The position numbers were made by a program, and so were the translations under genes. A stretch of 63,186 nt of DNA, filler included, from Intoshia linei (taxonomy: Eukaryota; Animalia; Orthonectida), in NCBI GenBank assembly GCA_001642005.1. It is 7 parts of 7 records of this genome, joined end to end, with 100 filler letters (N's around TTAATTAATTAA, not from the genome) between each part and the next. Parts side by side here need not be neighbours in the genome. Positions count along the whole stretch, not along the records: positions 30,970 to 46,514 come from LWCA01000906.1; positions 46,615 to 56,828 come from LWCA01001288.1; 5 more parts are not named here. One strand, 5' to 3'. How positions within the stretch are numbered: position 1 is the first letter of the stretch; the number at the start of each line of letters is the position of its first letter. A model generated the notes under the pieces. It did not search any database, was not told where the DNA came from, and saw only the letters and a program-made list of their open reading frames with translations. Positions 36,901 through 49,265 of the stretch are shown in pieces.

Positions 36901-39900
36901 CATAATTTAAAAAAGGATAATTTGGGATTTTAATCATGAAAATGTAAGTTTCTGAGGGTAAGATTTACGACAATATTAATGAATTTAAATCGTATCTCAG
37001 TGTGTATGTTTGTTAAAATTCTAGCACTGATTTTTTTTTTTAAAAAACGGAACTCGGTTTTGACCCTTTAAAGACTTATTTTATGAATTTGAAATTTGCG
37101 ATAAAACATCAGATTCAGGGTTGCCAACTGCGTTATTTTCCCCCTGAGAATTCAGGTTTTCAAATGCAACTCAGGGCTCAGGGTAATTTAATTATTTCAA
37201 TCAAAATCATCAGATCAGACATATTTTATTTATATTCTATAATTTTTTTTTATGTATGGTTAAAGACTCTTAGTGTTAGCAGTTAATTTTATTCCATTAC
37301 TTAGTTACAACCATATTTTATGAAAAAGAGACCCCTAAAGTAAAAGAGGGGCCCAAAAAATTTTTTGCATCGCTCAAAAATTCGGGTTGAAATAACTTAA
37401 TCTTGGTAACCCTAATGACACTCGAAAAACTATTATAAATTGGGTTTGTTAAATTCTACGACTCGTTTTTTAATTATGTTTCATGGACACGTCATATGTT
37501 CCTGTGTTACATTTTACGACCCTGCTGTATTGAAATTTGAATAAATAATTTTTTAGTTATCTGCAAATATATTTTCATATTTAAAATTAAATTTTTGCAA
37601 TGAAAGATACAAGGATTTGTCCAGCTCTTGCATGGAAGTTTTGGAGAACATTGCTAGAGGCAGTTCCAATATTTGCATTCTAAAACGGTATGCCGGTGGC
37701 AGCGTCAACGAAAAACAATTGATATCATATTATGCTTACTGTGATGTATCTTTTTCAAAAGCTCTAGAATACATGTTGACTGTGACACCTGGATATTTTC
37801 CGAAGGTTTTTGTATAAATTTTAATTTATAAATTTATGTAGATTTTTATAAATTTTTTATATTTTTTAGAATATCGTAGAAAACGTGACTTTGCTCCGAA
37901 ATTACGCACGGGCCATGTCTTATTTTTACATGTCTAGAGCTGAACCAATGAGTCACAAGATTACGAGATTAAAAGAAGCAAAATCGTTTTTAGACAAGCA
38001 CGTGAAAAAATTATCCCCTAAAGATAATCCAACATTGCACCGTCTTTATAAAACCATAACTGATGATTATAACACGTCGGTTGAAGATAACAATAAAATT
38101 TATTATAAAGTACTGGCTGAAAAGGATCAACTTGCAAAAATTATACCAGCCGAACCAATAAAAGTTCCAGAATTCACTTTACCAGTCACGCCTAATCAAG
38201 GTATATTTTAAAAAAATTATATATGGATATTTTTATTAGATTTACTTCACTTTGTTTATCCTAAGCAAATTTCTGATGCAATTTTTTACCTCAAAGCTTC
38301 TGTAAGTAGAATATTGGAAATTGAAACCGAACGACATAAAATAGCTAGTGAAGAAAGAGAAAAGTATTAAAAATGTTAAGTTGTCAAATTTTGTATTTAG
38401 GCAACTTATTTACTACAATAATTTAAACATTTTTGATTCAAAATCTGATGTAAATGAGATTTCAAGTAACGATATTTTGATTCAAAAACTGCGTACGTTC
38501 AATTCTAGTGGCTTCGGAATTACGCAAGTTGAATCAGGATTAGAAACTTTGGAACAATTTAAGATTAACATTGAAAAAACAATTTCAACGGTTTCTTTTT
38601 GTTTCTTTTTTTTTATAATATTTTAGATTCATGGCAAAATGGACAATTTGAATAAATGCAGTAATTATCAAATTCATGGAGACATTTCCAATGTTGTGTC
38701 AATTTTTAACACCAGAAAAGACAACTCTATTAGGGAAATTAGTAAATATGTAAAAATTAAGCAGGTTTATTGTGACAATCAGACTATGTTGAAACAGTAT
38801 AATTATAATGAGGTTTTTTCTAATTTGAACTATTTTTAATCAATTTAGGAAAGCATTTTAAATCTTTTGAATGGTTCGAATGCTGCAACAGTTTCAAAGG
38901 AAAATATGATTAATAAAATTTTCGAAGCATCTTCAGAATTGGAACAACTTGAAAAAGATAGAGTTTTACTGTTAAACAAGATAAAGTCTAGAGATTTTGT
39001 TCAACCTTCAGGTATTATATTTTAGTTATAACACTGTATCGTGGTCTCATCAATTACAGTTTATTAAAATTTGTTTTGATCAGTCAAATGGGTTGTCCTA
39101 GTTTGGTTTTCTTGTATCTGTATTTTAAGATATATACAACCCACATTTTGTATTATTAATAAATTTAAATGGTTGATTTATTTTAATTCTCATTTAGTAA
39201 ATTACTTTATAAGCATGTACAAAGAAAGAAATTTAATTGATGTTGAAAATGATGTGGTTAGGGAATCCGATAAATTGGTGTTGCCTGTTCAAAACGAGAT
39301 TAATATTAACATCAATAAACAAATTGAAATTATTTCAAAATTGAATGTACTTTACAATATTTATACATCTAACAGACTGGTTTAATCAGGACCGTGGAGA
39401 GGGGGAGTTAGGGCCCTATTCCAGGGCTTACTTTTTTAATTTATATTTTCTAATTTTTAGGCCGGGCCTACTGCTGGTTCTCACGGCCCTGGGTTTAATG
39501 TGACACATGGCTGCCGGCCTATGATGAATTTAATACTTTATATTTTTGAAATTTCATTTTGATTTTGATTTTTTTAAATTTTAAAATGTAGTCCAAGCAA
39601 ATTCGGTCCAATTGTTAAAAAATGTTAATTTATAAATTTGGTGGGTCGCATTTTGAAGTAGCTTGGTATATGGTATATGTTTACTCAATTCATTATTTTG
39701 GAATTTTAAGTATTTAATAGTTTTAATTGGAATATTGTAGATGGATACAAGTAAAATTAAACCTCAAAAGGATACAAAATCAAATAATTCCAGTGATTAT
39801 CAAAATATTTTATCGTCTCTATATTTATTTGAAGATTTTAAGGATTCAATTTCACAGCAAACGCAGGTTTTTATTTTTTAGTTTATTAATACTTGAGGTT

Positions 39901-41992
39901 TGATCTTATGACTAAAATAATGCAATTTTTTTACGTATTTTTAGGGCAATAGTTTGCTAACCTATGAAATAAATTTTTACTTTAAATGCTACATTCACTA
40001 TTATCAACCCGTTCAAGGATCGGATCCCAAACTTGTTTCACTATGGACCGTCATTTCACATTACCATTTAATTTAATGTGTTTGTTCATTCAATAATGTG
40101 TAACAATGCTGTGTATATTTGGAAATGTTCGCCCTAGTGGGAGTTACCTACTGTTTGTACAAAGTACATAACAGACAGGGTACTTGAGTGATCACTTTTG
40201 AGAACGAGCACCGTATATCAGAGTTATATAACGTTAGGTTCTATGTTCGTTTTGTCAGAGTGTATTTGTAAAAGTGACATTGGTTTGATGCGACGTGATA
40301 GATCAGAGGTGGGAATGTGAGGCCTTCTGAAAAAATTGAAATTTTTTAATTTTTATGATAATGTAATAATTTTAAGTATTTTTTGTTAATTATGGATAAA
40401 CATAATCAATTTTGGTGATAAATTAGGGTCACATAATAGTTGCAAATTTTAGAAGGTGACCTTATCAAATTTTTGTGAAATCGCTGCGACCTTCTCAGTC
40501 TAAACTCTTCCCAAATCTGTGATATATCATTATCATTAACCTTATTATTCTAATACTGTTTTTATTTTAAATTAAAAAATGGGTTTCATTCATAATTATT
40601 TACATTTTTGTATGTGGAATTTTTTTAAATATCCAATCTAAATGTGGTTTTATTTTAATATTTAGGCATTTGAAACAATTTTAAATTCATTATGGAGGAC
40701 CTCTTCTGATGCAGATACAATTTTACGTAAAATTTACCCAAATACCGGTAATTTTATTGTAAAATTATTATTTAACTTTTTATGATTGAGAATTACATAA
40801 ATTACGCACTACTAGAGTTTTCATTAACAGCAATTTACCGTTTAAAAATTATTTATTACCTATAAATTACCGGAAATGGTATGCTTAGGAAAAATTTTTA
40901 ACATACCCTGAAATTATCAAAATAATGGTAAATAATAACTATTCAAAGAAATGATATGAGTCAGCTAAAAAATATAATTTTACTGAAATTTTCAAAATAT
41001 TTCTAAAAATTTTGAATTGTTATAAAAAACAAAATTTAAATTTTATGTTGTGTTTTTAGTTTTTACACATGATTTAACAATTTTTAAAAAAAATTATATA
41101 TTTTTTATATCTAATATTTTCATTTACATAATACATTATATTTAGTTTTTACAAATAAGGGTAGATATAAATTAAATTTTAATTGAATCATTACTGTCAA
41201 AATGATCTTCATAATTTTTAAAATTGGGTGAAAAAAATCAATAATATGATTATATTGCTCAACTGAATGTTCGCCAAATTTTTTATTTTGAATGCAAATT
41301 TGCAATCGTTTATTTTATAGACGAAATTTTTAATTCAAATTTTCATTGATTTTAGCTGAAGGGTTGACATACTGATAATTCGTAACAGCCATTAGTCTCC
41401 AAATTTGCCTATCCTTTCTCTAATCAATTCAAACTTTCAATCTGTTCATATTTTGTTTGAAATTTCCAGATAATTAGCTTTTTCATTGCATGGATTTTCA
41501 TGAGTAAAGTTTATAAACATATTGATGCCTAGCATGATGATTCTAATTTTAGCTCACATGGTTAATCAATATCCAATACAAAATGTGCAACAATCTCTTC
41601 AAATACAACCTAATTCTCAACCTGCAAGTTTGCGTGGTATTCCTCCTCAAAAACCAGTTAAAACCGGTGTAAAAAGTGCACCATACCCCGTGAATACTAT
41701 AGATTACAAAAATGCACCCCAATATCGAAATTTTAATCCAACCTCGAATCAAAATGTCAGCTACCAACAAAATACACATCACCCTAACGTGCAAACAATA
41801 AATCAGACTCAGTATAACCCAGCGGCTCCTTATGAGTCACAGCCAAATGTGTTTAATCAAATACCAAGAAACGAAAATCCTACTCAAATCATGAACCAAT
41901 CTACATCATTTATCCCACCGAACTTTGAACCTCCAAATTATTATTCTAATGCCTTTAATCCTCCAAACCCTCACGGTAATTTATTCTTTTAG
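33974..41992 (+). CDS. ALIX/PDCD6IP-like Bro1-V-proline-rich protein, about 14 exons (approx. 33974-34161, 34198-34243, 36351-36399, 36438-36597, 37557-37806, 37870-38200, 38240-38376, 38401-38590, 38627-38811, 38849-39011, 39198-39346, 39741-39865, 40666-40747, 41553-41992)
   Basis: Bro1 motifs LPLKK (N-terminus), FEFKWDDAF, FEVGCILFNLAVLY and EDNNKIYY, then a helical middle region and a Pro/Gln/Tyr/Asn-rich C-terminus. ALIX vs HD-PTP orthology not established; exon bounds approximate. Confidence 0.8.
35118..35664. repeat. Two tandem ~273-bp units of a dispersed repeat family (ttggtaaaatt...ttttggg.ttggaataag motifs)
   Basis: Visible direct duplication; related blocks at about 1720-1950, 23060-23350, 25660-25980 and 35940-36190. 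Confidence 0.7.
37116..37413. mobile_element. MITE with CAGGGTTGCCA / TGGTAACCCT termini (hAT-Blackjack-like)
   Basis: Inverted termini; the same element is nested in the Helitron at about 11869-12311 and starts again near 63066. Confidence 0.65.
39387..39491. mobile_element. 105-bp hAT MITE
   Basis: TIR CAGGACCGTGGAGA / TCTCACGGCCCTG with a perfect 8-bp TSD GGTTTAAT; related ends at about 46352 and 53641. Confidence 0.85.
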
Positions 41993-43173
41993 GTTTTAGT
42001 ATAATTTCCATAATTAATTATGTCAAATAAATTATTTTGTTTAGTTTATTTTAAATTTTCTGATATGATATAATGAAAAAAAATTTCTTATCTTGGGTGC
42101 TTTTAAAAAATTGATTTGCCATATATTATTTAAAATTTAGATGTACAATATAAACATTATTTCATAATTATGAAAAGAATGAGTTAATATTATTGTTGTG
42201 TAAACACAGTATAGAATATGTATGAGTGATGTTTTGATTAAATTTTTAATGAATACATTTAGACAAGTACAATCGATAAATTTAATGGATCATTTTACAA
42301 AAATATGAAAATACAAACAAATATAATAATAAAATAAATATAAAAGTTATAAAATTTATATTTATAAAATTCTTTTGAAAAAAATTCATCCTAGAACAAC
42401 TTTTCTCTGTTACTTTTGTTATTTGTATTTTTACAATTTAAAGTAGTGAAATTGTGCATTTTATTTTCATTAAATTTTTATTGTTTATATTTTTATGTGA
42501 TTCATCTTGATTCCTTTTTATACGGAGTAAATTATTGCGTGTGTGAGAAATCATATTTCTTGTTTTGATCTTTATATTGTTCATCCTACACTGCAAATCA
42601 TTCCATCGATTTGAAACGACCAACTTTGTCATTTTAATATTGTTGGTATTATCCAATATTATATTGGTCATTCTTTTTTTCTCAAATTTAGCCCATTTTT
42701 TTATATTGAAATTACAAATTCTGTCATTATCTTTAATTTTGATTTAAAAAAAGCTGTCAATTTTCGCTGTGTACGTTTTATGTCCAGTAAATTTAACGTG
42801 TCCATTTAAATTATTTATTTTTAGTTAAATCAGCATGGAACTTCCAAGTTGAAGTTGCACTCGATGAATTTTGACCCATATTAAAAATTTTCAATGTTTC
42901 ACGTTTGACCAAATTACATGTGTTTGTTAATTTAATTTTTAATGGTTTTGAACTAATTTGTCACTATATAATTATCTATTGAATTGCCTATTTATTGAAA
43001 ATAATTTGAAGTATTGAATATATTTATTACGATGGTATCGATTAATTGATTCAATTCTTCTAAAGCCAGTTTGTTTCAAAAATTTAAAATAATCATCCAT
43101 TTAATAATAACACCAAAATTGAGTAAAACGTTTTAAAAAATAGTTTAATTTTGTTTGTTTACTTTTACAGTGT

Positions 43174-44678
43174 ATGATACCCAAATTTCAGAATTTTATT
43201 TTTTCAGCGAGCAAAGGAAAATATGGGAAGAAAATGCTTCATATTGATTATAAAGGCCATGTAACAATCGATCAAATTCTTAGCGATGTTTGTATCTTTT
43301 TTATTTATTGTGTACTAAAGTTTTTAGATGGAACTATCAAACTTAAAGAATTTCTTATTTCAGAATCCAGTGAAGAAAATTTACTCTTCATTACTGATGT
43401 TCTTAATTTCAAACTTGTAGATGATGATAAGGTTCAAGAATGTGCCAAATTTATTTCAAACAATTATCTGAGATGTACCGTTAAAAATGAAGTACTTTTT
43501 TGTAATTTGTAATTTAAAATTTAGTTTAGACTTAGGTTTGACTGTAGTTTTTTCATTTTTCTGAACAATTGTCTAATTTGAGTGACATTTAACAATATAT
43601 TTTGAATCTTTTTGAATCTTTTCACGGAATTAAATAAAGATTTTTTAAATTTTGTCCAAAAACTGTCAATGTTGAAAAAAGGATGGCGGACCCTGAGTTT
43701 TAGTCTAACATGAAACGGCTTTGGTTGTAGCAATAGTGTTTTTTTTGTAATTTTTCTTAAAGCAGTAAACGCATTCATTTCCCCTCGTTTTTGTAAAAGT
43801 GCACTTTGAGGTTTTTCAGTTTATATTTACTTTTAATCAATTTTTGATTTTAAATTTAAATTTTTCCCTTATAAATAAAACACTATATTACATATAGTTG
43901 TGATATTCATATTAATTGTAAAATCTCAATCAGTTTATGTAAATACATTATGTATTACGTACTGTATACTGTAGACCTGAGGATAGTGATCAAAATGTCC
44001 GTTTTTAGTAATTTTTCTACTATTGAATAATTATTAATTAAAATTTCAATGTTTATTCATTAATTGGGTATGAAAGATGAAATTATATTGATTTCTGTCT
44101 AAAATCAATCGAATAATGTTATAATACTAAATGATACTACATATAATGTAATAGATAAATATCATTGTGACTAAAATTTGTCATAATTTCTAATTTATTT
44201 GATATTTTTATACTTTTACAAGTAAATACAAAAATGTATATTGAATCACAAAATTTACAATTACATTGTATTGTATTGTGACAATTTGTATCACAATTTG
44301 TGATACATTTACATTTTAAACGATTCAAACTTTATTGAAAAAAATTTGGTCGAAAGTGAAAAATATTCCGTATATATTTTCTAATTAATTAATTAAAATA
44401 TAAAATTTTACCAATTAAAACTCAAATATTTTCACAGATTAATATTGAACAAAGAATCAAAGATGAATGTGTTAAATTGGTTGACGATGAAAAGTGCAAC
44501 CGAGAAATGTTTGACGAGTGTATGCAGGAAGTTAAAGTATGAAGGAATAAACTTAAAATAATTAAAAATTTAGACCCTTATAAAACGTAGTTCATTTGAC
44601 CGATTTTTAGATTCGAAATATTACACCACATACTTAAATTCCTATACACTTAAACGTGATAAAAACCCAAACATTTAA
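43174..44678 (+). CDS. Small regulator of G-protein signalling (RGS-domain) protein, exons 43174(or 43234)-43291, 43328-43491, 44438-44536, 44574-44678
   Basis: RGS box: G...LKEFL.SE.SEENLLF, YL....KNEINIE, MFDECMQEV..LI.RSSFDRFLDS.YY. Confidence 0.9.
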
Positions 44679-46614
44679 ATTTGAATTTGTACATTTTAAT
44701 AAATAAAACTAAAACTGTAATTTGTGTCTACAATTTTAATAAACAATGGTTTTATAGCTTTCGAAATTTTAAACACTCATGTTACGCACTTTGTTAGTTA
44801 AGCTCTTATTCTCCAGTCCTATTTCGACAGATGGTCTCATGTCACTTGTATTATTAAATTACCAGACTGATCTCCATTATTCCTACAGAAACATTTTTTA
44901 ACTTTTGTACTCTACGCTTATTTTAATTATTGAATAAATTCATGTACAAATATTATTTATGAATGTTGTTGTAATCTTAGTTGTTGTCATCATTAAATTT
45001 GGAAATCCTAGAGGTAATTTTTATTTTAATGTTAACGTATAATTCACCTAGAAATTTCATTATTCAATTTTAAATGCAATTTTGTTTTAAACACCGACAT
45101 AATGTTACTGTCTATTTAAACTTTACATTTTAAAGTTTTAGTTGAGCGGTCGGCAACTATTTAAAATTCCATAATTCAAAATAAAAATCACATATTTTTA
45201 GATTGATAAAATTTACTATAGTGAGTGTTTTCAATTACATGTTAGTAAAAAGTTGTTACTTTTAATCAATTTTTTAAAGACCTATAGTATCTATAATAAT
45301 CTTTAAAAAATTGTGATACTTTTTTATGTTATTTTAGCTATGAAATTTAAGAAAAGAAGTTTAACATTTTAATCAAATGACGAAGAATAATTTTTGACCT
45401 TAAATTTTTTTATTAGATTATGTATTTTGTGCAATAAAATAGAAAAATTCCTCCCAAGGGGGCGATTCGCCCACCCTTGAGAACACCTGGTCTAGGATAT
45501 CGAATAAAATTCCAACATCTGACAATTCTGTAATAATGTAATTTAAAAAATGAACTAATTTTTTAATTTTGCTGGTAGCATTTATTAAATTGGTACTGAA
45601 CATATCATACACATTGAAAATGACAAAATAGGTTTTTATGATTTTATTTTTTTCTGGCATTTATTAGGTTGGACTGTTTTTACTTTATTTTTAATATTAT
45701 AAACACATTCTGTCTAATAAATTAAAACAATGGGATAACAATTATTTTTAAAATTCTTTACCCAAATGTTAACAAAAAAAATTGAGATGGAATAATTCAT
45801 TTTAAAGTAAAAAGTAATGTGATATGATGGTTCCACCTAAACAAGTTTGGGAACCACTCCTTTAAAGGGTTGATATTAGTGAATAGTAGGATTTTTAAGT
45901 TAGATTTTCAGCGTGAATTTATTTTTTTGGTAAAAATGTGCCCTCGGCAGAGCTAGGTGATGCTAGTTCATAACAGTCAATCTAGTTCATATATAAATTT
46001 TTATAAAATTTTCTTGAAATTAAAATTCATTTTTATTTTTCCCGTGTGTATAATCGTGAATGGATAATTGAATTACTACTGTATATTAAAATTATCGTAT
46101 AATAAAATGTTCTATTAACAGTTTAATTAGTTATTTTTAATTTTTAGATAATTAACGATTGATTAAACATGGTATAGAGCAGTGGTTCTTAACTTTTTTG
46201 TCTTATGCATCCCCAAATATTGATCTTAATGACTGTGTACCCCTGATTAAAAATCAATTAATACAATATTAATCATAAATGAAGTGTTAACTAGTTACTT
46301 AAATTAAACGGATAGAATTTAAGAATTAAAGCTGATTTGGTCATAATAATAGTCGTGGAGAGCCAGCAGTAGGCTCGTGCTCGATGGAAAGTATAGGCCC
46401 TTATCAAAATTTTTTTTAAAAATGGACCTCTATACATTAATTAATTGAACGTTTATTATATAAAAATTAAAAATAACCATTGGAAATCGCATTGATTATC
46501 GAAATTATGATATANNNNNNNNNNNNNNNNNNNNNNNNNNNNNNNNNNNNNNNNNNNNTTAATTAATTAANNNNNNNNNNNNNNNNNNNNNNNNNNNNNN
46601 NNNNNNNNNNNNNN

Positions 46615-47003
46615 ATGGATGGTCGCATTAGATGAATGGAATAAAATACCAAATTCTTATATACAAAATCTATACAAGAGTATTTCAAAAAGAATCAAGA
46701 CCATTGTCACTTCTAAAGAACTACATACTAAATATTAAACAATTAATTTTCATCAAAGCTTTCAAAAATAATTATAATCACCAAAAAATTAATATAATTC
46801 AGGGGGGTCCAAGACTTTTGTGTCTAAAGTTATTTATAATAATACTTTAATTGTAATTTAATGCAATTAATACTTTTTATTATATTTTATAATTAAGTAA
46901 ACTATTACATTGATTCACCCTTGTATTAGTGTTTTTAACATTTTATAAAAAACATGATTAATTTTTGTACTATCAAACAAAATGTATCATTCTGTTGGGG
47001 GGG
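46615..47003 (+). mobile_element. Tc1-family element, 3' end (transposase C-terminus) between gaps
   Basis: EWNKIPNSYIQNLYKSISKRIKTIVTSKELHTKY* is a typical Tc1 C-terminus, followed by a gggtccaagacttttg DR-like motif. Confidence 0.8.
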
Positions 47004-47053
47004 GNNNNNNNNNNNNNNNATTATTTATAATTTATTTTAATTATTTAATTTAG

Positions 47054-48736
47054 ATTCTCATGCATTTTTAAGAGTGAACCATAACATTACAAAATCAATT
47101 TATTTTAAATTAAATGATGATCGAGGTAATTTTGAATACTTTATAAGATATTTTGAGTAGTTGACTACCTTAATTATATGTTTATGTTTTTCAATTTTAA
47201 AATTTTTACATGTATTATAATAATAAATAATTATTATTTACACATTTTGTAATCATTTTTTAGTTTTATGCATTGACATGGAATATCAAAATCCATTAAT
47301 AAATAATTCAACTTTCAAATTAACATCAAGTGTTTTAAATAAAAATTTGGATAAAAATAATGTTTATAAAAAATTTCAATTCAATGGCATATTACATGAG
47401 ATTCAAGACAACAAATACATGATTGAATTGGATAATACCAGTGTGTTAATTAATTATTTTGGAGATGTATGTAAAGATGGAAATATTGTTTGTAGTACCA
47501 ACAAGGTAATGAGATTTTTTGTAATAAAATTTGTTTTTTTATACATTTTGTAAATGTAATTATTTTGGTAAGTTATTTGAATCTAGAATTAAAGATATGA
47601 GATTATGATAAGCTTAATCCTATCTACCTTTAATAAGCTTTATCTACCCTTAAACTTGGCTAAAGGTGTTATTTTTCAATTATTAGTTAAACTTTAATCG
47701 ACTGAAGTATATTAATATTTCTGAAAATGATAATTTAGACTGGAAAAAAGAATTATAGCCTATTTGTTAAAGATGATTATTTTGGATACTCGGATACCCT
47801 ATTGAACAAAAAATCTATGAAAAATATATTTTCACCTTTACCTGGAACAATTGAGCGTATTATGGTTAAAAAAGGAGAAATGGTAGTAAAAGGACAAACT
47901 TTATTAGTTGTCACTGCTATGAAAATGGAGGTAATTGATTGTTCGTTTTTGTTAAAATTACACTCTTCTCCATTACTCGGGTATACCAACAATATTTCAT
48001 TTTTTTATACAACTTTTTTAATTCTAGCATCCGTAAAATCCTAAATTTTAACGCCCTTAAACTAACAAAGAACTTTTCCAGTAAAAATTTAAATTTTTGA
48101 ATTGGTACGACACCCAGTCTACTATCTTTTCTCGATTATAAGCAGACCCCTGAAATAAAAATTTTCATTGAAATTTTTAACTAAATAAAATTTGAATATA
48201 AGCAGTTTCTACTTGTATTCGAAAGAAAGAACTTTAAACAAAAAATACACAACATCAATTTATTTCTAAAAAATAACTTCCTTCATACAATAGAATGTCT
48301 AATTTTTAAGTTTATACTAATAAGAAAAAGACTTTTAGTGCATTTTTTATATTTTTCAAGGTCTACTTAAAAGTCTACTTAAAAGTCAGCTTGTTTTTGA
48401 TTGTAAGCATTTTTCCTTCTATTCTCGAATATAAAAAGACTTCTTATAATAGAGTTTTTGTATTTATTAAAACTGATATGGTTCATTTATGTATTTATTA
48501 ATGATTAATATTTGTTTAAATAATGTTGTTAACATCAACTTTTTTTCAATTTATATAATGATAACTACAATGTAATGGATATATATTTAAATATAATATA
48601 CCAAAAATAAATATACCCGTTCATTGTTTTTATTTAGCACCTTTTAAAAGCAACAATAGATGGAAAAATTGAAAATATTTTATTTGACATTGGAGAAATA
48701 GTCAAAAATAATGAACTTTTAATTAAAATGGAGTAG
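47054..48736 (+). CDS. MCCC1: Biotin-dependent carboxylase alpha subunit, 3' exons (about 47054-47125, 47264-47505, 47739-47930, 48638-48736); most like methylcrotonyl-CoA carboxylase alpha
   Basis: Biotinyl domain SPLPGTIERIMVKKGEMVVKGQTLLVVTAMKME|HLLKATIDGKI; AMKMEH favours MCCC1 over PCCA (AMKMQN). 5' exons not visible (gap). Confidence 0.75.
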
Positions 48737-49265
48737 TTAGTTTGTATTAAATGTTTACATCGTATTTATTTAAATAAATTTAAATTAGTTGTACAATATA
48801 CATATATCAGGTACTTTTTGTCTTCATCCGCACACTTTTTTTGTTTGTTTTTATTATTTGAAAAATAACAGAAAATTATTTTTACATTTTTAATTTTTAT
48901 TGTTTTTTAGTAGACAATTATATTAAACTTTACTATTTAACACTGTCAATAATGAAATACCAATTATTAAAAAGTTGCTATAATAATTATTATAGCATAT
49001 ATATAATTATAATTATGAAAATTTATTAAATATACCTGTATTAAAAATGGCGCCATAAGTAAATTGTACTTATTTGTATTACCAAAATACAATTAAGTAT
49101 GATAGTAATTATGGATATTTTTAAATATTACCTGTATCAAAATATTCAAACTGGTACAATAAATACAATTACCAAATTTGGAATGTTGTACAATTTATAG
49201 TGTTATAGTTTTATCGTTTCCATAAATTTACAATTATCCATGTAACCATTTCAAAACATAAACAA

